This document shows positions 38,903 to 52,225 of a stretch of DNA of 64,000 nucleotides, one piece after another. The position numbers and the translations under genes are program-made. The stretch's first letter is position 1; each line of letters opens with the position of its first letter. The stretch spans positions 18,078,942 to 18,142,941 of the forward strand of contig NC_068996.1 in assembly GCF_001194135.2 (NCBI RefSeq), in the 5' to 3' direction. Below the pieces are notes generated by a model. The model was not told the DNA's origin, did no database searches, and worked only from the letters and a program-made list of their open reading frames with translations. The stretch is from Octopus bimaculoides (lineage: Eukaryota).

Positions 38903-40059
38903 GTAAGTTAATGTAATTTTACAGACATTCCACTCACCCTATGAGATTTTACAAGCCTACAAATTTTGCCATTGCATGGAATTCTGTAACCCAAAACCTA
39001 TTTTCCCTTTGATTTTGATGTTGTAAATTGAAATGCATTCCATTGTGAATTGAAGTGGAGAGAAATGAGGAAATAACCTGTTTATTCATGTGTATGACAG
39101 TTTATAAACACATGGTGTGTATGTATATATTAAAAAAAAAATGTTTAGGAAGGAATGTAGCTGCTTGTGCATTTGTCCTAATTTTGCTTTTTAACGTCTG
39201 ATAGTGTTCTCACTGTGGTTGTAGCAAGCTTTAAATGTGTTTTGTAATGTAGCTGAATTTTTCTCCTCATCAGACCTTCGTAAAACACTGTTTAATATCC
39301 ATTGAATCCTTATATGATTACTGGCAGCACTACTGCTTTCACTTCTACTTAGTGGCCTCTTATGAGTTACATTGAATAAAGGTAATAATATACTATGTAG
39401 TCAGTTTTAAAATCCAAGTGTAGCAATGATAGACTAGAAATCATGCTATTAGAATCAGAAAAGTAGTAATGTTCTGTTTGAGTGTGAATTAATGATCTTA
39501 TTATTGCTTGCAAGAAGAGATATGGAAAAAGGAACAAAATTTAAAGAATTCAGTTGATAGGTTTTAAGCCACAAAAGAGCAGGGAGTAGAGAGGAAAAAA
39601 AAAATGAGTGACCAGATGTATGAAATTATTATGCCAAATATATCTTGTGTGTATGTGTGTATATATACACACACGTAAAAAGAGAGAGAGACTGTAATTT
39701 TACTTCTTAATATTTACCCAAGTTTCCCTTAGGATGGAATTACATGCTGTGTCATGCTTTACAGTTCCTGCTGAATTTTGTGTCCAGAGTTTCAATGACA
39801 CAGCAGGATACTATTATTTTATCTTTGTTCTTGTGAGGTTGGGTTTATGTCCATTGGGCTGTTGTGAGAGTTATGTTGTTAATTAAGTTTGAATTGTTAG
39901 AATACTTAGAACGATAATGTTACTTTGTAGACTATATACTTAGAGAACATTAATCAATAGAATATTTGCTGAGTTTGTGATTGAGAGAATGAGTAATGGT
40001 AAGAAAGAAAGGAATTTATTTTGCTTTTATTTTAATCCAAAATTTATTGCTAATTTCAG

Positions 40060-40246
40060 AACCAAAGAAACATTAGCTTCTGGTCACTTCATGAGTGTCA
40101 TCAATGTGCTAATGCAGCTCAGGAAAGTATGCAATCATCCAAATCTCTTTGACCCACGGCCAATTGTCTCACCATTTCAAATGCAGGGTTTAGTATATTC
40201 AACTGCATCCCAAGTTGTCAATGCTTTAGAAACTGGACCGTTTGAT
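40060..40246 (+). CDS. dom: dom exon 19, end of lobe 1 and start of insertion
   Basis: TKETLASGHFMSVINVLMQLRKVCNHPNLFDPRPIVSPF; phase 2-0. Confidence 0.96.
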
Positions 40247-40386
40247 GTGAGTAACTTTTTTGCATTTTCATGTTTTCTAAAAGTGTGAAACTAACCTTTA
40301 TAAACTATAGCACTAAAAACTAAAAATATTTCTTCAAATTGCATTTGGTACTAAGTTTTTATTTTTTGTTTTTACTCTATTGACAG

Positions 40387-40587
40387 AGTATTGACTTACG
40401 ATTATTGTATCCAAGTCTTTGTGACATGGAATATGACTTGCCAAAATTTATTTCCGAGAGAGTCAAGAAGACACAGACACCCCGGCATTTGATAATGGAA
40501 ATTGATAGTCAACCAGATCCACCTCCACGTCCCAAACCTGCCAAATTAAAAACTTCACATCTTCGTAGTTCTTCTCCTTTTGTCCAG
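40387..40587 (+). CDS. dom: dom exon 20, ATPase insertion
   Basis: SIDLRLLYPSLCDMEYDLPKF...PDPPPRPKP...; TGACAG| acceptor, CAG|GTAAAT donor. Confidence 0.9.
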
Positions 40588-40725
40588 GTAAATTTTTTTT
40601 AAAAATAATTTATGCAGACTTGAAAAATGTGTTGTTCTTTATACATACCAAGAAAATAAACTAATTTTACTTCATTAATTGTTAGTATTATTAAAATAAT
40701 GTCAATTTTTATTTTTTTCTAATAG

Positions 40726-40873
40726 TCCGGAAGAGCTTCTCCTGTCAGCCAAAGTACATCTACAGCCCCAGGTACCACCACAACTATAGTTACAGCTAAG
40801 CCTAACATAGTGAAACCTGTGGTAGCAACACATCAGTCCACCACTGCCACAGTCTCTACTGGTACATCAACAC
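40726..40873 (+). CDS. dom: dom exon 21, low-complexity insertion
   Basis: SGRASPVSQSTSTAPGTTTTIVTAKPNIVKPVVATHQSTTATVSTGTST; AATAG| acceptor, C|GTAAGG donor, phase 0-1. Not in ORF track. Confidence 0.85.
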
Positions 40874-41790
40874 GTAAGGCATTTTTCTGTTACCTTTCAA
40901 TATTTGAATATTTTAATAGTAAAACTTTCACAAAAGAGTTATTCAAACATTCTCTTTTGTTGGAAAAGAATATTTGCCATTGAAAGTTTACATATATGTG
41001 TTGGCATTTTTAAACTGTTTCTACAATATCCAAAGCAAATTTAAGAATATAAATGGGAGAACTACAAACTTGGTTTAAATATGGGAATGCTTAATTACCA
41101 TATAATTCTTTTATTTACTGGATGATAATAACGATATCAGTGAGCTGGTTTATCTTTTCTGTGTCAAAGTGAGGGTTATTTTTAATATCATTTTTAAATA
41201 TTAGCAAGTTCATTCATAATTAATTCAATTATGATATTAAAAAAATAGTTATATTGTATAGTTATATATATCTTTATCATTGATACCATTTAACATCTAT
41301 TTTCCTTGGTGGCATGAGCTGAACAATTTAACAGGATCCAATAAGTTTGAGGACTGCATTGTGCTTTGTGTCAGCCTGGGCTCAGTTTCTACAGCTGGAT
41401 GCCCTTAATGTCAACCACTGTACAATGTACTGGTTGCTGTTTTTTTTTTTGTTTTTCATTGCACCATCACTAGTGATATGACTATGCAGTTGGCAAAACT
41501 AAGGGAAAAAGGGGGAGAGAGTGAAAATGTGATGTTCTTGGCAGGCTGGGGTAAGAGAGGATAGATTTATAGTTAGGAGGGGTGTGTAAAGTAGACAGAG
41601 CAACAGAGTAGACACTATTGCAGTAGGGAATATGAAAGGGACAGGAGATGAGGGATTAGTTTTGGGTCAGTGAAAAAGAGAAACATTGGATAAGTGTGAT
41701 AAGGTGGGTTCTGTGAATGTAAATGGAAGGTGTGAAAGAAAGGGTAGGAGAGGTGAGAATCTGGAAAGAGTCATTGAAGGAAATATATTT

Positions 41791-41826
<36 letters not shown>

Positions 41827-41828
41827 AG

Positions 41829-42041
41829 CTTCAATGCCTATTCGAATTGGATTAGTTCCTCAGCACCAAATTGCGCAACAAATACGGACTACTCTTCCAC
41901 ATCAACAGTCTCAAAGCTTAGTTCCCGGAACAACCTCTTCAATTGCTGCTGTTGTTCTATCATCTGCTAGTGTAGGGACATCACGACCGACGTTACCACA
42001 ACCTAGTATTGCCACCATTCAAACAAAGGTTTTACCACATG
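41829..42041 (+). CDS. dom: dom exon 22, insertion
   Basis: Long poly-T then ACTAG| acceptor; SMPIRIGLVPQHQIAQQIR...; G|GTAAGG donor; phase 1-1. Confidence 0.85.
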
Positions 42042-42197
42042 GTAAGGTCCAATAAGGATTTTCTCATTTTTCTCTTCAGTACAAATGTTCCTTTTCTTCC
42101 CCATTATTGTTGCAAATGCATATAATATTGTATCATCTTTATCAAAACTAAATTGCATTTGCTCACTTGGTAAATTTACTGTGCAATTATCTTACAG

Positions 42198-42347
42198 GTG
42201 CACTACATACATCAGGTACTGCTGCAGTTTCTACAACTTCATCTTCCACACCTGTTCTTTCTTCTCAACCCATAACTGTTCAAATACAACAAACTGATCA
42301 GGGAACACGACTCATGATTCCAACAGGCCAGCTTTCACAATTTTCTA
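42198..42347 (+). CDS. dom: dom exon 23, insertion
   Basis: ALHTSGTAAVSTTSSSTPVLSSQPITVQIQQTDQGTRLMIPTGQLSQFS; phase 1-1. Confidence 0.82.
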
Positions 42348-42784
42348 GTAAATATCCACACCATTCATATTTCTTTTGGTTGATTTAAGAAATGTCATCA
42401 TTTTATGAGTTTTATAAATTATATTTTTTGTACAAGAATGTTCATTGTATAAAAGGATAAATGTTTATTCCACGTACTAATATAGGATAAATATTCAATA
42501 ATGTTATCTATGATGAGAGGTCTTCAGGAGTAAGTGATCAGTTCTACTTCTGTGGAGTGGGAGGAACTTTTGTGATATTAACTCTTTCTCAACAGCATAG
42601 AAATAGTTAGTCACTTGCAGTTTTGCTGAAGTTTACCGTCTGAGTTTTCATGTTAATTATGCAATGTTGAGTGAGTTTTGTAACTTATTGTTGAATTACA
42701 AAGAAAGATATGTTATATTCACGTTTAATGAACTTAGATACTTAAATCTGTTGTCTGGTGAAGATAATGTTCTCTTCTTTTCAG

Positions 42785-42904
42785 CTGGATTCATTCAGAT
42801 TATTCAAACTTCTGGGCAGCAATTTATTGCTGCTTCTACACCACCTGTTCAGTCTGTGATTCCTGTGCAAACTGTAACTAGTACATGTTCTGCAGTACCT
42901 GTTG
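42785..42904 (+). CDS. dom: dom exon 24, insertion
   Basis: GFIQIIQTSGQQFIAASTPPVQSVIPVQTVTSTCSAVPV; TTTCAG| acceptor, G|GTAAGA donor; phase 1-1. Confidence 0.85.
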
Positions 42905-43656
42905 GTAAGATATTTTTCTATTTCAAATTTATCATGTTGTTGTGTACAGCATGTTAAATGCTTATTTTGAATAAGAAATTGTACTGTTCTATCTATGCTA
43001 TCAGTATAGAAAGAGAAAATGTTAACACTCTAGCTTTTTATTTTGCTGACTATAAAGGTATTGAAAAGCCATTTATGTAGTAAAAGTATTAATCAAAATT
43101 TTGTTTTTTGTGATTGGTTTGCAAAGTTCTTGATGTGAATCTGTCTTAAAACAAATCTTGTCTTGAAAGACACACACACTAGTCAGTCACTTGGTTAAAT
43201 ATCTAACTAACTAACTCTTCATTTACTCTCACCCTTACCTCCTAAGCAAACATCCATCCATGTACTCAAACCTATATACACACATACAAGCATACATACA
43301 CACCAGCATAAGACCAATTCTCAAACACTCTGAGCAGACCTTGTAAAGAGAAGGCAAGTCACTGAGAAGTTTGTGAATAGTGACGAAAGGATTTGGCAAG
43401 CAAACAACTGATTGATTGCTTAACCAGCACATTAAATAAAGGATTAGTTTGTTCGTTGGCTAAGTATTTGAACATTTGACTTACAATGAAGAATTTCTAT
43501 TGAGCCAGTACATGTTATTATCGATGTAACAACCCTCACAAGACAAGAGTTGTTAAAAAAAATATTCAGTTGAAAAATAGTTGTTAATGATTTTGATTGT
43601 GACAAGTGTAGAGGAGATGATAAAATTCAAATGTTCTGTTTTTCTTCTCTTCACAG

Positions 43657-44028
43657 TGAATGGTCCTGGTCTAGTATCTAATTTATCATCCACTACCTCT
43701 GTTGCTAGCAGTAGTAGCAGTGCATCTGTTGTTTCAGTTCCTGCAGTGCTCAAGACTATTCCAACAGTCAATTTGCCTATTACAACAGCTGCTGCTACGG
43801 CTGGTAAACCTGTAATGAAAGTGCAACCTTTGTCTACAGAGCTTCCATCAACTATGCATTACCAATCACAGCAGAAACAAATTAGTCTAACAACAAGTCA
43901 GTCTAAACCAACTCCTATAATATTGGCTACTGCTGCTGCAGCTGTGACCAGTACGAAGACTACAACTGCTGCACCACAATCGACACCTGCTGCTGCAACC
44001 ATTTCTACAACCCTTGTGCAGACAATAG
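43657..44028 (+). CDS. dom: dom exon 25, insertion
   Basis: VNGPGLVSNLSSTTSVASSSSS...TTLVQTI; TCACAG| acceptor, G|GTAAAA donor; phase 1-1. Confidence 0.85.
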
Positions 44029-44211
44029 GTAAAAATGAAATTATTTTATATGCCTGTTTCATCTTGATATTGAATGTTAAGGAATTTGTTAATTCTATGT
44101 TTAGTAGTTTTCTTTTTTTATTGAAGATGGAATTATTGTATAGTTTGTGAATCTGCAAACTCTTTTGATGTTAGCACTTTTCTTCCTATCATATGCAACT
44201 ACCTGCTTTAA

Positions 44212-44426
44212 CTCTTTAGCATTCAGCTTATTCTATCAGATGTTTTGCTGATTTATTCATAGTTTTGAATTAATCATACATTATCTTATAGCTTTCAGAT
44301 TTCAATGAGCTAGCTGTTAATTTTTAGAATGATGTAGGATTGTTGTAAAAGGTCAGGTCTGGCCAGTTTGAGCAAAAAACAGGTAGAATATTTTGGTCAG
44401 ATATGGCCATTTTAAATATGAAAGGG
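44212..44426 (-). mobile_element. piggyBac-like MITE, antisense
   Basis: TTAA|CTCTTTAG...AAAGGG|TTAA; internal sequence is the reverse complement of 7299-7519. Confidence 0.7.
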
Positions 44427-45923
44427 TTAAAAAATGAAATTTAGCGCTTCCATCAAAATTTCATGCAAGTTCCTTTGTTTCAAACTCCAGCTTAACCCTC
44501 TTGATACCTACCTGCCTTAGACCATCCTTGGTTCTATGATTCCAGTTTTAAAATGGTCTAAAAACATTCCATCAAAATTTCGTGTTCCAAACACCAATTT
44601 AATAATGACATAGTTATTGTATGAAATAGAAATATGATAATAATATGGTTAATATTGACAAAATTGTTTCACTTCATAAATAACTTCAAATTATAAGCTT
44701 TCCAAAATATAAGATTCTATGTTTTATTGGACAATGCAATGTTTAGTTCATTTATGAACAATAAAACAATGATTTGTTTTGCAAAATGCATTTCAGTAGA
44801 ATTAAGTTTATCAAACACTGATGTTTTTGGAGCACATCATAATTCCATTTTCGTTCTTGGAACTTTACTGCTACTTTAATTAAATATTACTGTACATTAT
44901 AGAATTTTATTGCAGTCATTGTGTCCATTAGACACATAGAGGCATGAGAAACTGAAGATTGGGTGGTGTGAGTTGGGGTTTGAAATAGATTAATTGCTAA
45001 TTTCATTTACTGTCAAATGAGAATATCATCTTTTCTGTTGGCTTGTGTTGAATACAACAATGGCTGCAACACTTATGCCATTAATTATAAGGTATTTGTT
45101 ATCAATAAGGGATACTGCTCTTCACAGGAATATTGTGGTTTCCGAAGCAGCATTAAGATTTGTGAAGTTTCTAGCCATTGTCTCTTGTTTGAGGAAGTCT
45201 AGGGGATGACTGATAATCTATTTTATCATTCATCATCAGAGTGATGAATAGCAAAATTGACTTCAATACATAAAGATCTAAAAGGGTTTGAACTAAATAG
45301 CACATTCAGCACAAATGATAATGCCATTCTGCTGTTGCATGTCATGATTATTCAATTTATCTTCCTGTTATGGATTATCTTTCCCTGTCTCAGTTTTGCG
45401 TCTAACTTCAGATTGCTGTAGTCTGTGTGGTTGAAGTATCATGCACTTTTTAGTCTTGTTCCCCTATACAGCCACTTCGTTGTTTTCTTTCACTTTATCA
45501 ATTTTTGTTATATAAATCAAGGTCTGCAGCTTTTGCTGACAAATGATTTATCTTTCTGTGTGTTGTAGTTCATGTGCCAGAAATGTGATGTAAATCAGTA
45601 CAAATAAGTAAGAGAGACTGGAGAGTTGAATAAATTACTTGAATGTAAAAAAAACACTATGGCTACAAGATAATTGACAACAGAGTATTTGTTTATTACA
45701 GATGAGTAATTTATACAGATATCATATGGCTGTGTATTCCATATGATACAGATATCATATGGCTGTGTATGTTTTCTTGGGATGATAGGACAGTTCAGAA
45801 CTTTTTTGTTTTTAGTACTATGAAATGTGGCTTAAAGAGAAAATCTTCCTACAACACGAAAAACATGGTTGCTAATGAATTGTTACTTTCACATTTTTCT
45901 TTATTTTATTTTGGTTATTATAG

Positions 45924-46042
45924 GTAGAACATCTCTGCAAGGTCAAACAAGCATTTCACTTACCTCAGCAAGTGGATTTGCTAATACCAAACTTGTTGCT
46001 GCAAAAGCAGTTGTCCAACAACCAAAGTCTGAATTCTTCTTA
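45924..46042 (+). CDS. dom: dom exon 26
   Basis: GRTSLQGQTSISLTSASGFANTKLVAAKAVVQQPKSEFFL|GTAAGT; phase 1-0. Confidence 0.87.
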
Positions 46043-47167
46043 GTAAGTTATATTTTATTTAAACCAGCTTTATTTAAACTTCCATTGTTTGTGTGTGTGT
46101 GCGCATGTTAAAGAGAAGAGATTGTTGGAATTGAAAACAGCTATATTTCCCAGTGACTGCCAGTTTCATTTTACATTCTTTGAAGTGAACAAATGATAGG
46201 TTTAGTAGCTTACTAATAATTAGAATCTTCAAAGTGTATTAGTCTCACTCGGAAATGAGCATTGAAGCTATATTATCCTGATAGAAACTTAAATTGCTTT
46301 CAATCAAGGCTAATTTTCTTCTTGATAGTTTTTGTTTCCTTCAGTTACTTTTCTTTGTTTTTGTAATAGTTGATACTATTACTGTTGTACAAGTTTTTGA
46401 GTATGACCATCTGCCTGAATGAGTGTGTAACATTTCCAGCATCTTTGAAATTAATCCATCACGTTATGTTGCTTTCTCTGCCTTGATATCCTAAATTGTG
46501 TTTTTAGCTGATAGCTACTAGTAAGTAGACCCTCTCCCCTCATGCATATTTTACATTCAACAGTACCTCATAATAGCATTTTTGTGCTTCTCTTTTTTAA
46601 GTATCAATAAGGGCAGATGCACTGCTAGTATTCTAAACACACTTCTTACATCTTGATTCATGCTAGCATGTTTTCTTGCAATCCAGAATACTCCATTTCT
46701 CTGATCCTCATGTTAGAGAACATCAGTAGAAACTATTATGCTTAGTTTCTCTGCAGCATCTCTACCTGATATTGTTTCTTATGCCATCCCATTGCCTTTC
46801 TTTTAGTCTTTCTAGGCCTGTCTCAGCTTTTCTGACTCTATTTACTGTACCCATTCTACAAGCATATCAAATTCCATCTGGCTGGAATCTTGCTACATCT
46901 GATAATCTTGATTATTGCTTGCAGCAGTGTGTGTCTGTATATGCGTATGTCTTGTTTCTTTATTTACATAGAATTTCTACTCTGTTATTTATATATAAAA
47001 TATTTCATTAGCTAAAAAAATTTTTAATTTAAAACTTTCAAAATATCTTATTTAGTGTTTTCAACATATATTTCTGAAAGTTGTGAATGTTGTTTTTTTT
47101 TCTTTTCTTTTTTTACCTTTTTTATGATAGTGTTTTGACTATATTTTTGTTCTGATTTTTCCTCCAG

Positions 47168-47481
47168 GAATGTTTATATCAGAAACGGAAACAATGGAGA
47201 AAAGAGAAGTTGGATCATTTAGACCGAATAAATAAGAAACATTGTGATATGAATGTTATTTATGGGCAGGATTTATTGGAATCAGTAAATTTATTAAAAA
47301 CCCCAGAAAAAGCTCTGTCAGTTAAAAATTTATGGCATGGCATTGGACACTTCCATTGTAAAAAAGTTCATCTTGATTATTCTTATTCTTGTAATTCATT
47401 ATGGTCTCGGACAGCTGCATTAGAAAATATGGTACATACTCCAGAAAAGTACCTTAATGAGCTGGCAGACATTCTATCAAG
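47168..47481 (+). CDS. dom: dom exon 27, conserved end of insertion
   Basis: ECLYQKRKQWRKEKLDHLDRINKKHCDMNVIYGQDLL...; phase 0-2, AG|GTAAGG donor. Confidence 0.92.
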
Positions 47482-48984
47482 GTAAGGACAAATTTAGAAT
47501 AATCAGATTTGTTTTTTTACTTTTAATTTTTGTTTGATGTAGATGTTTGTAGCAATGCTTTAGTTAATTAAGTTTTATTAGAGAATTGTAGGAGTTGGAA
47601 ATCAAAGCTTGATTTGTAACATTGGTGCCACACCATAAATTTTATAGTGAATGAAAATAAATAATAGTACTTCTTGGACAGTAGATAATATTTCAAGTCA
47701 TTTCTATTTGCCTGAATACTGTGGACATTGGTGTTTACCTCCTTAAAGTGCCAGCAGCACTAAAATTTTTTGGGATTCTCAGCTGTTGGAATGTGAGAGG
47801 CATGTGTATTGGCTGATTGAATCAATCCCAATAGTTGACTTGTACTTTGTTATTTCTAGGAGGGGAAAGCAGAGTTGAACTTAGGTGAAAACCAAATATC
47901 ATGCAACTTTTGAATGTTGGTTAATTTTTATAGATATTTGGAAAAATAAAAGGTAGTCAATCATGGGGTCTCTGAACTGAGATGTAATAATGTATCAAAG
48001 AAACAATTATTCCAAGTGGAATATCTTGTTACCCTCACCCTAAAAATAAAAAAAAATTAAGAGGATCTTAGATGTTGTAAAGAAGCTGGTAGACTGTCAC
48101 TGGTTGTGATTTCAAATTTGCTACTGTTTCTGATCATATATTGATGTTGGGAATAACTATCAGATTGGTAACCTTGTCAGAACATTGTAGAACATCTACA
48201 GATGTTTTGTCCACTAGGTTATCAGAAGTTGTTTTCTGTTCACTGGTTGATGTTATTAATCAGCAATTTTTAAAATTTATTTCAAATGAAGAAGAGTCTA
48301 TTTTAGAGATACATATTTTAAGATTTCTACATGTTTAAATGTTATTAGTTGGATTAAAGAGACTTGTTGAGTAAGTCTAGAAAAAGAAGAAAGGTAAACA
48401 AAATTGGAGTTCTACCTTATATTTCAGGGCTATGACTCCCTTCTTCAGGACACTTGCAAAAGCGAGAGATGGAAAAAGGTTGTTGCTCTAATGTGTAGGG
48501 AAGGGAGGTACCATACACAAACTGGTGCTGCTGTAGTAAACAGTCTGCTTTCCTGTAGTTCAATTCTGTTATTTATGGCTGGTCTCTGTTTGTTGGTAAG
48601 GAGGGACCGCTCATGATTTTGAGATTGCCCTGTTGTATTGAGTGGTCGTGATGGATACCTTGAATTAGTTAGGCTTCCATGGGTTGGGCTTTTTTTTTTA
48701 AACTGGTAAAATGCTCCTTTTACTATTAGAAATATACTTTTGACAGTGAGGCTAAATCAGCATCATTTTCTTCAAGTGCTACTGATATGCCTGAAGTACT
48801 GTTAGAAAAGAAAGTTTATGGTAAGCTCGAGAATTAAATGAAATCAAAACAAAAGTGCAATAAAATTTTGTACAACATAAAAGTGAGAGAATGTTACAAG
48901 AACTATATTGGTATTTGGAAAGAAGATATTGTTGGATACAAGAGGAAGAATTTTAAGTTTCTTAACATTTGGAAGACATTGATA

Positions 48985-50110
48985 CATCATTATTATTTTC
49001 ATTTAGCATCTGCTCTCCATGCTGGTATGGGTTAAACGGTTTGACTAGACCTGATGAACCAGAGAGCTTCACCAGGTTCCAGCCTGATTTTGCATAATTT
49101 CTACGGCTGGTTGCCCTTCCTAATGCCAACCACTCTAGGAGTGTCATGAGTGCTTTTATGTTCCACTGGCACAGGTGCCATTTACATGACACTAGCAACA
49201 ACCATGACTACAATTCGCGGGTGCCATTTACATGGCACTGGCATTGACCATGATTCACAGTTGCCATTTAAATGGCACTGGCAATGACCACAACTACAAT
49301 GCTTGAGTACCATTTACATGATACCGGGATGGCCACATCTACAATTTCACTTGGCCTGATGTGTCTTCTCATGCACAGCGTATTGCCAAAGGCCTTGGTC
49401 ACTTGTCATCACCTCCGTGAGACCCATCGTTTGAAGATCATGCTTCACCACCTCATCCAATGTCTTTTGGGGATCTACTTATTTACACAGCTCTCTTTGT
49501 ACAGACACATCATATGGCTTTACCAGTGCAGTTGTCTCTCTTGCATACCACATCTAATGCTTTTTATGCCCAACTTTTCTCTCAAGACATTTACACTGTC
49601 ATACACACACACAGACACTGCACATTCAGTGAAGCATAGTAGCTTAATTTCTTTCAAGCCTATGCATGTCCTCAGTGGTCACAGCCCATGTTTCACTGCT
49701 ATGTAGCATAGCTGTTCACACACAGACATCACACAGTCTGCTTTTCATTCTGAGGGAGAAACCCTTTGCTACCAACAGAAGTAGGAGGAGCTCTCTGAAC
49801 TTTGCCCAGCATATTCTTATTCTTGCAGCTACACTCAAAGCACCCACCTCTACTACTGATTTGATCACCTAGATAAAGGAAGCTATCAGCTACCTCTGGC
49901 TTACCTCCTTGGCATTTGATGGAATTTATTTTCTGTACATCTCTGTTTATTGTACCTATGCACCTTCCACACACAAAATTTATTTTCCCTGTTAACCTTC
50001 CTCTGATATTGCTGCACTTCTTATGTGTCCATAGCTTACACTGGGTACATCTTATGGAGTTTCTACCTATGCCTTTTCTACAGATCAAGCAGGGCCATCT
50101 ACCTGAGAGG
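48985..50110 (-). mobile_element. 5'-truncated RTE LINE with PHD-like Cys cluster and complete 3' UTR
   Basis: SGRWPCLICRKGIGRNSIRCTQCKLWTHKKCSNIRGRLTGKINFVCGRC...EVADSFLYLGDQIS; frameshifted; continues into 3'-UTR repeats, GGTTGGCATTAGGAAGGGC core and (ATG)n-like tail. Confidence 0.85.
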
Positions 50111-51639
50111 ATTTGTGATTTGTCTACTTTCCAACTTACTACAAGTTTGGTGTTTGCTAGATTTGACTTGATACAATTAAATAAAATAGAGATAGGGGTG
50201 AATTTTAAATTTGGTTACTTCAAAATTGTACTGTGTGGGGACTAGCATGTCAGGGAATAAATCCATTTCCTCTGTGTGCCAAAAAAAAACAAAAAAACAA
50301 GAGATTGAGGTAGGATTTGCACTATGACTTTGTAAAACTCTCACCAACAATGATTACCCAAGCAGATCCACGAGTTGGAGGGTTAATAATACAAAGGTGT
50401 AGTAGGGAATGACCAACAAATGGTGGATGCAGCAGCATGCTGCTAAAGTGCATTACCCATATTATTACTGCTTAAAACTCAATATAATCTTCATTTGTAA
50501 GATGAAGCAAGTTCAATAAAAATCCAATAAAATAAGTATGAATCTGAAATAAGTACTAGGGTTGATATAAGTAAAAACCTTTAAAATGGTGTCCCAGCAT
50601 GGCTATGACTGAAACCAATAAAGGATTAAAAATATTAGCATCATTTTAGGATCTGTTTTCAAGGTAATAAGAGATAGTGAATTGGCAATGTAGTGTCTCC
50701 ATTTTATTTTGAACTAGAATTAGTATCATTGTAGTCCTACTTTTAGGAATAATTCATTTTATCCATGATTCTTCTCCACTTTCAGTAACTTCTAAACTCT
50801 ACAGTTTTTCAGGATATGTTATTTGTATTTGATACAAGTGTAGCCTCTTTTTTTGTATGCATTAACCAATGTCTGTCTCTAACACCATCTCACTTTGTCA
50901 TTTTAGTAATACCTCATACGTCCTTAGTTCACTCTCGTGGCCACAGTTCCAATGAAAATTATTGGTTATGTACTTCAATTTATTTTTGGAGAAACAAGTA
51001 TTTGAAGGGATTTATTGAAAAAGCTTTTCATTTGTCTTATATTTAGAATAGATGGTTCTTAGATAAACTTATAGGTAGAGTGGTTTCAAGCATGTTGATG
51101 TCAAAAACAGTTAATATACAACGTGTTCTGAGTGACAGATTAAGTGATCACTTAAAGAAGTAAGAAAGTGCCCTGATTGTCTCTGTTTAACCATGCCTTG
51201 TATTATAGGTGCTAATGGATAAAGATATTTCTCTACTGATTGGAGATAAAAATGCACCTGCTCAAATAAATAACTGCTAAGTCACTGTTACCAACCTACT
51301 GCAATTTTTGCAACTATTATTTATCCCCTGAAACTATCCTAACTTCACTATCTTCAGGTCTTCCCTGTGATTCTTCTACTACAGCTTTTTGTTGGCTCCA
51401 CTGAGTTGGCTTTCCCTGCAATATAATCCTCATTCACCAAAAGTGATAGATATCCCCTTCTCTAGTAATTCGCCAGAACTTGGGACTTGTGATTTGAGTA
51501 ATTATTTTAGTCTAAGAATGTGAAAATATGCTATTTAAAAGTTAATATTATATGTAATTTATTTTGTTAATTATGTTTCTGAATAATCTCTTGTTATTTA
51601 TTTAATATCTTTTTTTTTTTTTTTTTTTTTTTTTTGTAG

Positions 51640-51842
51640 ATTTGTATTTGTCATCCCACCAGTGACTGTGCCATTTGTAAAGCTCCATGTTTCTCATCCA
51701 TCTCCATCCTCTGTAGCTCGAGAAAACTTTCAGAGGTTTATGTTACATAATTATGTCTCTCCTCAAACTGCCTGCCTCCACAAAATAGATGCTTGTATGT
51801 CAGTACAGTTTCCTGAACTCAGGTTGATACAGTATGATTGTG
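51640..51842 (+). CDS. dom: dom exon 28
   Basis: RFVFVIPPVTVP...SVQFPELRLIQYDC; long poly-T acceptor, G|GTGAGT donor; phase 2-1. Confidence 0.95.
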
Positions 51843-52055
51843 GTGAGTAACCAGCTTTCAAGCATTAAATCTTTAAATGTATTGGTGGCATGTTTTAATT
51901 AGAATTTAATTGAAAGGTACTTCAAACAAACAATAACTGTTTGTCATTTTAAAGAGTTTATTGTCCTCATTTAAGTAGTTGAAACATTTTTGCATTAAAT
52001 TCATATTTTATATGAGGTTATTTATTGGAAATTTTAATATTTTTTTTGTCAACAG

Positions 52056-52225
52056 GAAAATTGCAGACATTAGATGTCCTTCTAAGACAATTGAAAACAG
52101 GAAACCACAGAGTGTTGATTTTTACACAAATGACAAAAATGTTAGATGTACTTGAAGCTTTTTTGAATTACCATGGTCATAGATATTTGCGCTTAGATGG
52201 AACAACCAGAGTAGAGCAAAGACAG
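52056..52225 (+). CDS. dom: dom exon 29, HELICc motif IV
   Basis: GKLQTLDVLLRQLKTGNHRVLIFTQMTKMLDVLEAFLNYHGHRYLRLDGTTRVEQRQ; phase 1-0. Confidence 0.97.

Noticed and set aside
39760-39830. Hairpin CCTGCT...GTGTC/GACAC...AGCAGG followed by ATACTA (H-box-like); sought because vertebrate SRCAP and EP400 host SNORA30 and SNORA49
   Set aside because: Bulge is one-sided and there is no second hairpin with a terminal ACA; no intronic snoRNA could be supported by eye. An Infernal/snoReport scan would settle it.
41686-41828. ORF-track frames extending upstream of exon 22 through poly-T
   Set aside because: Poly-Phe comes from the polypyrimidine tract; intronic.
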